From contig CBFFRQ010000141.1 in NCBI GenBank assembly GCA_965644315.1, positions 1-30,179 of the forward strand: DNA of 30,179 bases, in the 5' to 3' direction. This document shows, piece after piece, positions 18,001 through 27,476 of the stretch. Both the position numbers and the translations under genes were made by a program. Position 1 is the first letter of the stretch. Each line of letters begins with the position of its first letter. The notes below the pieces were generated by a model. The model did not search any database. It saw only the letters and a list, made by a program, of their open reading frames with translations, and had not been told where the DNA came from. Source of the DNA: Caecitellus pseudoparvulus (taxonomy: Eukaryota > Protista > Bigyra: Bicosoecida).

Positions 18001-21000
18001 CCTACAGCTCGCACTTTCAAGTCGACGGAAACGTGCCCCTCAGGTGTCCCACCAGTAACGATGGGGAGACGGCCCACCCCTGCTCCGCACAGGGGACCCG
18101 ACAACTCTCGCCTGCCCTCACCCACAGCCACAACATCGAGCACACTATCCGCCAGAATGCTCTGAGGTGTCAGTGTTGTTCCACCCCAGTCTGCAATGTG
18201 TGCTGTGAGAACGGGCACCTGTGCTGGAAGCGGGAGCAGCGCTGGAGCATCGTCAAAGCTGACCGCGACCGCGGCTTGTGTCAGCGTGGAATGTTGAACT
18301 GAAGCAGCACCAGCGCGCACCGCCACTGTGACAGGAACAGTGATCTGTTCCTCTGTTGGCCCACCAGGGCTACTTGCAATGGCAAACACCACGTGGGCGT
18401 GTGCGGAGCCCTGTTTTGGGAGCCCGTCTCCAGCAACACTGATCTGCCACGATACATCCTGGCCAACGGGGACCATTCGCTCAGTAGACAGCGCTGTTGA
18501 GTTCTCGCCCGTCGTAAGCCAGCCGCCGTGAAGCACTCTGCGGTCCAGGTGCGGCTTGCTTGTTGCCAGCTGGCCCACGTCAACGCCTTCGAGAGTCCTT
18601 GCAGCTTGGTACACGATGCTGCTGCGGATGTACACAGCATTGCTGGCATGGTTTTGGAGCAGTATGTCCCCACGAGCACTGGGGCCACCATGTTCTGGTC
18701 GCCGAGTCAGCCCCCGCACATGCACCGAAGGTGGGCACGCGCTCACAGACCGTTGCAGCAGCTGAACTGGAACACGGCGAGGGTCAACGATTCCCGCTAG
18801 TTTTTCAGCAAGAATGTACGTGGACTGCAGTCCTGCCCCGAGGGAGGACCCATTGAAAGCTAGCGTTATCACATGAGATGTGAAAGGGGCAATGCTCGCA
18901 TGAACGCATCTGAAAGTCGTGTTGGTCTCAAGGCCAACATCAGGTGCGCATGCCACTGACAGACCCTGCAGGGCCACTTCCAGCCATTGCAAGTCTGTGG
19001 GCACCGCCACATGCACCGTCATGGAGACATGCCCCGGGTTTCCTAGGATGACGCTTTGGCTGGGCACGATGCCACCTGGTGCGGACTGCACCAGCACATG
19101 ACTAGGGCGAACGACTGGGGCCAAGGGCAGCACTGACACAACAACAGGCAGAGAGAGTCCAACTGGTTGGTCTAAGGTAACGTCCAGGGCAATCAAATCA
19201 AACGCATACAGCCCTGGAACGCGGGACGATAAGGGCGCCCAGCTTGCCACAAGCTCAACAGTATGTCTAGCAACTTGCTCCTGTCCTTCCACGCTGAGTA
19301 CAGTGGAGGAATTGAACGATAGGCTGGGGAAACCGAGCAAGCCCGTCTCGTGCTCGTTCACACAATCATGTACGGCCGAAGCTTGGATAGGGTAAACCCA
19401 ACAATCTGATGTTGCGGGCCCCGACATGGCGCTACCTGACCGCACAGAGAGCGTTGCCGACGCATTCCGTCCGTATAAGGTGACAGTCATTGTCGCTGTT
19501 GCAGTCCACTGCTCCAGAGTGACCCGTATGCCCCCTGGAGAGCCAAACCTTACATGCCAGAGTCGATCTTCAATCTCAAGGGGGACGACGGTTTGGCTCG
19601 GGGACGTTGTGGGTGTTGCACGTGCGGCGCTGCTTTGCGATGGGGAATTACTTGGAGGGGCACTGGCTGACTGTGAAGGACTCCTGCTGCTTGATGGCGT
19701 GCCGGTGGAGGTGGGGGTGCCTGTCCTGGACGGCGTGCCGGTGGAGGTGGGGGTGCCTGTCCTGGACGGCGTGCCGGTGGAGGTGGGGGTGCCTGTCCTG
19801 GACGGCGTGCCGGTGGAGGTGGGGGTGCCTGTCCTGGACGGCGTGCCGGTGGAGGTGGGGGTGCCTGTCCTGGACGGCGTGCCGGTGGAGGTGGGGGTGC
19901 CTGTCCTGGACGGCGTGCCGGTGGAGGTGGGGGTGCCCGATGTGGATGGGATTGATGTACCCGAAGGTGTTCCAGTGGGCGAGACAGACGACGTGGCCGA
20001 GCTCGTGGAGGTGGGCGAACGCGTGCTGGACGGTGTCACACCGCTGGATGGCACGGGTGTGCCGGTTGCAGCAGCAGTGGGCGAGCCCGATGCGGACGGC
20101 GTGCCGGTGGAGGTGGGGGTGCCTGTCCTGGACGGCGTGCCGGTGGAGGTGGGGGTGCCTGTCCTGGACGGCGTGCCGGTGGAGGTGGGGGTGCCCGTCC
20201 TGGACGGCGTGCCGGTGGAGATGGGGGTGCCTGTCCTGGACGGCGTGCCGGTGGAGGTGGGGGTGCCTGTCCTGGACGGCGTGCCGGTGGAGGTGGGGGT
20301 GCCTGTCCTGGACGGCGTGCCGGTGGAGGTGGGGGTGCCCGATGTGGATGGGATTGATGTACCCGAAGGTGTTCCAGTGGGCGAGACAGACGACGTGGCC
20401 GAGCTCGTGGAGGTGGGCGAACGCGTGCTGGACGGTGTCACACCGCTGGATGGCACGGGTGTGCCGGTTGCAGCAGCAGTGGGCGAGCCCGATGCGGACG
20501 GCGTGCCGGTGGAGGTGGGGGTGCCTGTCCTGGACGGCGTGCCGGTGGAGGTGGGGGTGCCTGTCCTGGACGGCGTGCCGGTGGAGGTGGGGGTGCCTGT
20601 CCTGGACGGCGTGCCGGTGGAGGTGGGGGTGCCTGTCCTGGACGGCGTGCCGGTGGAGGTGGGGGTGCCTGTCCTGGACGGCGTGCCGGTGGAGGTGGGG
20701 GTGCCTGTCCTGGACGGCGTGCCGGTGGAGGTGGGGGTGCCTGTCCTGGACGGCGTGCCGGTGGAGGTGGGGGTGCCTGTCCTGGACGGCGTGCCGGTGG
20801 AGGTGGGGGTGCCCGATGTGGATGGGGTTGATGTACCCGAAGGTGTTCCAGTGGGCGAGACAGACGACGTGGCCGAGCTCGTGGAGGTGGGCGAACGCGT
20901 GCTGGACGGTGTCACACCGCTGGATGGCACGGGTGTGCCGGTTGCAGCAGCAGTGGGCGAGCCCGATGCGGACGGCGTGCCGGTGGAGGTGGGGGTGCCT

Positions 21001-23933
21001 GTCCTGGACGGCGTGCCGGTGGAGGTGGGGGTGCCTGTCCTGGACGGCGTGCCGGTGGAGGTGGGGGTGCCTGTCCTGGACGGCGTGCCGGTGGAGGTGG
21101 GGGTGCCCGATGTGGATGGGATTGATGTACCCGAAGGTGTTCCAGTGGGCGAGACAGACGACGTGGCCGAGCTCGTGGAGGTGGGCGAACGCGTGCTGGA
21201 CGGTGTCACACCGCTGGATGGCACGGGTGTGCCGGTTGCAGCAGCAGTGGGCGAGCCCGATGCGGACGGCGTGCCGGTGGAGGTGGGGGTGCCTGTCCTG
21301 GACGGCGTGCCGGTGGAGGTGGGGGTGCCTGTCCTGGACGGCGTGCCGGTGGAGGTGGGGGTGCCCGATGTGGATGGGGTTGATGTACCCGAAGGTGTTC
21401 CAGTGGGCGAGACAGACGACGTGGCCGAGCTCGTGGAGGTGGGCGAACGCGTGCTGGACGGTGTCACACCGCTGGATGGCACGGGTGTGCCGGTTGCAGC
21501 AGCAGTGGGCGAGCCCGATGCGGACGGCGTGCCGGTGGAGGTGGGGGTGCCTGTCCTGGACGGCGTGCCGGTGGAGGTGGGGGTGCCTGTCCTGGACGGC
21601 GTGCCGGTGGAGGTGGGGGTGCCTGTCCTGGACGGCGTGCCGGTGGAGGTGGGGGTGCCTGTCCTGGACGGCGTGCCGGTGGAGGTGGGGGTGCCTGTCC
21701 TGGACGGCGTGCCGGTGGAGGTGGGGGTGCCTGTCCTGGACGGCGTGCCGGTGGAGGTGGGGGTGCCTGTCCTGGACGGCGTGCCGGTGGAGGTGGGGGT
21801 GCCTGTCCTGGATGGCGTGCCGGTGGAGGTGGGGGTGCCTGTCCTGGACGGCGTGCCGGTGGAGGTGGGGGTGCCTGTCCTGGACGGCGTGCCGGTGGAG
21901 GTGGGGGTGCCTGTCCTGGACGGCGTGCCGGTGGAGGTGGGGGTGCCTGTCCTGGACGGCGTGCCGGTGGAGGTGGGGGTGCCTGTCCTGGACGGCGTGC
22001 CGGTGGAGGTGGGGGTGCCTGTCCTGGACGGCGTGCCGGTGGAGGTGGGGGTGCCTGTCCTGGACGGCGTGCCGGTGGAGGTGGGGGTGCCTGTCCTGGA
22101 CGGCGTGCCGGTGGAGGTGGGGGTGCCTGTCCTGGACGGCGTGCCGGTGGAGGTGGGGGTGCCTGTCCTGGACGGCGTGCCGGTGGAGGTGGGGGTGCCT
22201 GTCCTGGACGGCGTGCCGGTGGAGGTGGGGGTGCCTGTCCTGGACGGCGTGCCGGTGGAGGTGGGGGTGCCTGTCCTGGATGGCGTGCCGGTGGAGGTGG
22301 GGGTGCCTGTCCTGGACGGCGTGCCGGTGGAGGTGGGGGTGCCTGTCCTGGACGGCGTGCCGGTGGAGGTGGGGGTGCCTGTCCTGGACGGCGTGCCGGT
22401 GGAGGTGGGGGTGCCTGTCCTGGACGGCGTGCCGGTGGAGGTGGGGGTGCCTGTCCTGGACGGCGTGCCGGTGGAGATGGGGGTGCCTGTCCTGGACGGC
22501 GTGCCGGTGGAGGTGGGGGTGCCTGTCCTGGACGGCGTGCCGGTGGAGGTGGGGGTGCCTGTCCTGGACGGCGTGCCGGTGGAGGTGGGGGTGCCTGTCC
22601 TGGACGGCGTGCCGGTGGAGGTGGGGGTGCCTGTCCTGGACGGCGTGCCGGTGGAGGTGGGGGTGCCTGTCCTGGACGGCGTGCCGGTGGAGGTGGGGGT
22701 GCCTGTCCTGGACGGCGTGCCGGTGGAGGTGGGGGTGCCTGTCCTGGACGGCGTGCCGGTGGAGGTGGGGGTGCCTGTCCTGGACGGCGTGCCGGTGGAG
22801 GTGGGGGTGCCTGTCCTGGACGGCGTGCCGGTGGAGGTGGGGGTGCCTGTCCTGGACGGCGTGCCGGTGGAGGTGGGGGTGCCTGTCCTGGACGGCGTGC
22901 CGGTGGAGGTGGGGGTGCCTGTCCTGGATGGCGTGCCGGTGGAGGTGGGGGTGCCTGTCCTGGACGGCGTGCCGGTGGAGGTGGGGGTGCCTGTCCTGGA
23001 CGGCGTGCCGGTGGAGGTGGGGGTGCCTGTCCTGGACGGCGTGCCGGTGGAGGTGGGGGTGCCTGTCCTGGACGGCGTGCCGGTGGAGGTAGGTAAGCTT
23101 GTGATTGTGGCGGAGAATGTGGGAGGTGGTGTTGGAGGGGGAGTCGGCGGGCTTGATGGAGCCGAGGATGGCGATGGAGTGGAACCTGGCCCTCCACACT
23201 CTGGCCAGGGGCATGTTGGTGTTTCATGCGTGGGGTTGCAGCCAACGCATGGGTTACATGACTCAGGCCCTCCAGCGTTGTTGCCATTTCTCTGGTAAGT
23301 GTATGGCGGGCACCTCTTGCACTGCAAATGGAAGCAAGGTGGGGGGTGGACGCTGCGAGTTACATGCCTCAAAGCAGTGCTTACAAATGGTGGATAGTAA
23401 CAGCTTGAAAGCCTCCTAGCTCGATTTTCATCGTAAACGTCGAGGAGCACCTGCACAGGGTGAGGAGCACCAAGGGAAAGTGTGTTTCGCTTGTTCTGCC
23501 CGAAACAGCGCTTCTGAGTGGTTGCGCACCTCGTCCATGCGGCGAATTCGACAAATGACTGTTCCTAGACAGTTGCCACTGAGCTGATAGAACCCTTCAG
23601 GGCCTGCAGCGAGCGGGATGCCGGAGTGAGAAGAGCAAAGGCACACGTCGATGGTTTGGTGCTCGCGAAGAACCTACAGCAACAGCCGATTTGGATTGAA
23701 GTGCAGGGCTGAATGGTCGTGGAGGACAATTCTCGGTTCCATGCTTCAAAGTAGTCCCAGTAGCTGGATGAGGTGGGATCGTTGCTGCTGTCAGTTGAGG
23801 TAAGTTTGTTGTTGAAGCTGTTCGTTGACGCGGGCGAAATGGCTGGCAGCGAACTTCCCTCCGCAGTAGCGCCAACATAGACACTGCAGGCAATGAATGC
23901 TGCGACCTCAGAGAGGAACACATAGATTTTCAT
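14745..23933 (-). CDS. Giant mucin-like multi-pass membrane protein, ~2990 aa; exons 23933-23678, 23603-23530, 23450-23385, 23321-14745
   Basis: Signal-peptide-like MKIYVFLSEVAAFIACSVYVGATA at ATG 23933. Three GT-AG introns (74, 79, 63 nt) splice in phase to give IGCCCPEGFYQ...DE-VLLDVY...PPF-CKRCPPY. Then ~1130 aa of Thr/Ser/Pro/Gly repeats, Ig-like segments, CxxC repeats, a multi-TM domain (HGFLWGWSRPLLWWWH, YFRPF) and a disordered tail. Confidence 0.8.
19699..23090. repeat. Coding minisatellite: ~71 copies of a 36-bp unit interrupted by five copies of a 168-bp block
   Basis: Unit gtgccggtggaggtgggggtgcctgtcctggacggc (minus strand PTSTGTPSRTGT). The 168-bp blocks lie at 19933-20100, 20335-20502, 20809-20976, 21103-21270 and 21361-21528. 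Confidence 0.98.
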
Positions 23934-25080
23934 CTCTTCGCGTTGTCTAGAGGCAGGCGGCTCGCTGTCTGTGGCGCCAGTCGCCCACAATGAAGATGGT
24001 GTGAGAGCGCAAAAGTGGCAGCCACCCCGCCAAACAGACAGTGCGTTTGCAGGTGGTCGGCGCGCAGCTATCGGGGTGAACATCTCTCGGCATGAGAGCA
24101 GGGTGTGGAAGGTTGGAATGTGAGGCATGGTGCGGCGCTTATCATTGCTCCGCGTGCCGTTGGGGGGGGGCAGTGGGGGGGTCCCGACGAACGATTTCAT
24201 TCGAGTGCGAGCTGCTCTTCCCAACCCCAGGAATGAGCCATTCACTCTCGTGCAGGCTGAAGGGCTTGATTTCATCGTCCCGGTGTATTCCACCGCGCTT
24301 GCATGCGGGCAGTGGGGGGCAGCCTCCGTAGGTGCTGCTTAGGGCGGCATGTTCTTTTGCTCTCCATCCTCGCCTTGTGCAGCGCACAGCAATGCGGCAA
24401 CAGAACTTGCGCAGGTGGCCTGGAGCAGGTCGGTACTTGCTGCTGGGGACTCAGTCTCGTGCATTTAGCCCATGGAGCGCCCCTTCCTGCAAGCACGATG
24501 GCTATGGATGCGGGTAAGCGGCAAAGTGCGCTTCGTAGGCGGCTTTGTCGCAGCGATCTCTAGCGAGAAACACGCGAGTATGGACTTGGACTCCGCAGTT
24601 AACGAGCACTGCCTGTCACACGCTGGCAAGCAATGATCCTTTCCCCTTGGCACCCTAGGCGTGCCGCTCCTGAGCCGTCCACGCACAACGAAAGGCAGCA
24701 GCGCCCTCTGCAGCGTGCAGCTGCTGCAGTTTTTCTCTTGTGCAGTGAGAAAGAGTAGCGACGGCTGCTGCTTCCGCGCTGGCCAACTTCTGGATCGTCA
24801 CCCGGTGGCTGGGACTCCAGGCCGGGAGCTGGGTGCATGCGTAGACTCCTGTCTGCTCAGCCAAGCCCCTCTGCGAGCCCGTGTTTCACATGCTACCTCG
24901 CAAGGCAGCATACGAGAGAGAGGGGGAGAAGCGTTGGTGCACTGCACTTGCTCTCTCTCTCCGGCACAGCAGTAGTGCCCGGCCATTGCGCGGACCAGGG
25001 GCAAGCATTGCAGGCAACTGAATGGCGCCAAGGTGTCACGTTGCTTGAATGCACTTTCATTTGCTTTCCCTGGCTCGCAG

Positions 25081-25906
25081 ATCCCGGAGAGAGGCTGAAA
25101 GATCCAAGAATAGGGTCCGCTTTCTGACCTCGTTCGAGGCGAAACCCTCTCTCTCACACACCTTGCGGCTTGCGTCGAATGCAGCAGTCCACAAAGTGCA
25201 CCTTCTGATCATTCTGACAGGAAGAGGAGACGAGCTCCTGGTTGTTGCTCGTATCGCGGGGAGCTGGGTCTCTTGGTCGTGTCTGCGCATGCACCAGTAC
25301 AGGGCGATGAGAGCGGCGTATGACAAACTGTACGGATCTCAATTTCCGCTCGATCTTTGGTCCCGGGGACGATATGAGCTGATGAATGGATGACTACTTG
25401 CCCCTCTGCCCCTGGCCTTTCAGCTTGCTCCACAGGCTGCGTAATGCGCCAATCATGGACTGGGGGAAATCGTCCATCGTTGCCTCATTCCCTTGCTGGC
25501 TCCAGGGGTGCATCTCTCTCACCTCCACACATACTTCGGCATCGCCCAGTGCATGGAGGCAGTCTACCGCAGCATGGCAAGTAACGAGCTCAGTGACTCC
25601 GAAGTGATGGTTCACTTCAACAGTGGTCTTCTCCAAGCAGGATTGGATTCCACGGAGTGTTCATGGTCGGTGGCATTTTCAAGAGCTATTTTATGACTAG
25701 TGGCCGCAAATGGGACGACGCTGACACACCGACAGACCAAACCGTACCACCGTACCAAGCTAGATGACTTCCACTTCACCCTGTTGGAGCCTGCTGAAAA
25801 TGCTAACCCAGAGGCAGGCAGCCGCCCCATGCAGCACCTCTCCTCCATGATGTTGCCGCCTTCCCCAGACTGCAAGACAGCGAGGAGGAATGAGCCCTCA
25901 CCATGA
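25081..25906 (+). pseudogene. Possible decayed gene of unknown family
   Basis: Consecutive protein-like short ORFs (25049-25393, 25386-25607, 25493-25696, 25700-25906) linked by frameshifts and one in-frame TGA at 25694. Acceptor-like ctcgcag at 25080. Confidence 0.3.
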
Positions 25907-27035
25907 AACATTTCGATTTTTTCCTTGAAGTTTGCACCAATTTGCACTTGCAGCACATGACGCGCGTGAAGTGACCAAGAGATCTGGCTCTGAGGGAACT
26001 GAAAGAATCCTCACGCATCGGAGGGGGCAAAAGGTGTGAAGAGGGGATTCCGGAATGAGAAATGGGGTTGACCCGCTTCAAACTGTCTTTGACGCCTCTA
26101 TCGCAGGAAATCATGATAGTGCGTTCCCCTGGGGCAACACCAAGCGCCAGCGCAGCACCATGAGCTGGGAGCCCAGAAGGATCATCAGCGGTTCCGGACT
26201 CTGGCACGTGGCGGATGGTGAGGGAGATGCGGGGGCCCGCCCGCTCGATGGCCTGACCGGGCGTCACGCCCTCGCCCGCATTGGCGACGTGCTCCGGCAC
26301 GACGAATGCATGGTCCTCCTCCACACTGTGCTCGTAGTCAATGTAGGCATCGTGGGAAAACACTACGAGAGATGCTGGCTGCAGTACCAAGCATGCCTCT
26401 GTTGCGGGCACCTGGCTGGACTGGCCACGGCGCGGGCGCAGAGTGAACCGAGCAGGAGCACCCAGGCTCAGGGTTGCCACGACTTGGTGGTAGAGGGGGC
26501 CATCTGTGTGGGGCATGATGCCCTGCCCAGGCAGGTACTCGCTGATGAGCACGTGGTTGGGCTTCAGACGGGGCGGGAACACCCCCAGGCGCACCAGAGC
26601 CTCAGCGATGCTGTCGAGCCAGCCGGGCAGCTCCTCGGCCTCTTGCAGCCCGCCAGGGGCTGGCCTGCCGCCCCAGTTCTGTAGGCGACGACCACGCAGC
26701 TGCACCCATTTGGGTTTGTATGCTGCATCATTCACGCATGCCACCAGCGCGTCGTGAGTGGCGCGGGAGATGACGTCCGGAAGGTATTTCACAGTCGCGG
26801 GACACGCCGGCAACACTGCTGCGTCAAAGTGAGCCGGTAACTCCTCCAGCTCTGCCGTCCAGCTAAAGGCCAAGTCTGGATGCGTGACCCCCTTTGGGAG
26901 TCGTGGGAAAGTGTCCCTCGAAGAAGCCCTCACCGCCTGCTCCTTCTGCTCCTGGCGTTTCACTGGCGTTGGACCTTTGCCAGCTCTGACCCGTGCTAGT
27001 TCTCGCTTCCACATTGCAGCCATGTCCAGCGCCAT
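25803..27035 (-). CDS. ALKBH6: AlkB-family 2OG-Fe(II) dioxygenase, ALKBH6-like
   Basis: WVQLRGRRLQNWGG, LPGWL, PNHVLISEYLPGQGIMPHTDGPLYHQVVATLSLG (HxD), LQPASLVVF..AY..YEHSV (distal H), RISLTIRHVP (RxxxxxR). Likely start ATG 27035 or 27023. Homology ends at ~26200; true stop uncertain. Confidence 0.9.
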   Translation of the reverse strand: MALDMAAMWKRELARVRAGKGPTPVKRQEQKEQAVRASSRDTFPRLPKGVTHPDLAFSWTAELEELPAHFDAAVLPACPATVKYLPDVISRATHDALVACVNDAAYKPKWVQLRGRRLQNWGGRPAPGGLQEAEELPGWLDSIAEALVRLGVFPPRLKPNHVLISEYLPGQGIMPHTDGPLYHQVVATLSLGAPARFTLRPRRGQSSQVPATEACLVLQPASLVVFSHDAYIDYEHSVEEDHAFVVPEHVANAGEGVTPGQAIERAGPRISLTIRHVPESGTADDPSGLPAHGAALALGVAPGERTIMISCDRGVKDSLKRVNPISHSGIPSSHLLPPPMREDSFSSLRARSLGHFTRVMCCKCKLVQTSRKKSKCFMVRAHSSSLSCSLGKAATSWRRGAAWGGCLPLG

Positions 27036-27476
27036 ACCGCAGCGACGACAGTGCTGAGTAGCACGGCAGCCTGCTTGCAGTTCAGCACTCGCTTGCGCAG
27101 CCCGCAGAAACCTGGCGAGGTAGTGCAGGCTGGTGTCGAACAGCGCAAGCACAAGATCCCTCTGGCTTGCACGCCGCCAGGGAGGAGAAAAGACCCTGGG
27201 AAGGGGGCCTGGACCCCTGTCTCAGCACACCCCGATGCGGTAGACGCAGTCCAAGAGTGGTTCGCCCGGTCAGGTTTTAGTTGCTTTGAATTGCTCACGC
27301 ATGACGATTGAGGGGGGCACGGCCTTGGCCGCACATCCCACGAAACACAGAACGTCATCTCACGACGGTACACTTTCACATACACTCCGCACCACACGGC
27401 GCGAATATTCTTCTCAGCCTGCACTCAGGCTCAATCACCCCCCAGCGGCAGGCCGTCAGCAAGGCTCGGGGCTCAC

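Noticed and set aside
19699-23090. CRISPR-like array (36-bp repeats)
   Set aside because: Units are directly tandem without unique spacers, the interrupting blocks are themselves repeated, no cas genes are present, and the context is eukaryotic coding sequence.
19426-23298. Very long ORFs in other frames over the repeat (1290, 1161, 1188 and 607 aa)
   Set aside because: By-products of a stop-free 36-bp unit. Only the Thr/Ser/Pro frame is continuous with the signal peptide and TM domains.
1149-25696. Stop-codon reassignment suggested by in-frame TAG (1149, 13299) and TGA (25694)
   Set aside because: Thousands of codons in the transposase and membrane genes contain no internal TAG or TGA, and reading through 13299 does not restore RecQ motifs.
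25803-27035. ALKBH6 as 2OG-Fe(II) cargo of the transposon, analogous to TET/JBP genes linked to fungal KDZ/Plavaka elements
   Set aside because: It lies ~18 kb outside the candidate right terminus among host genes and looks like the ordinary ALKBH6 orthologue.
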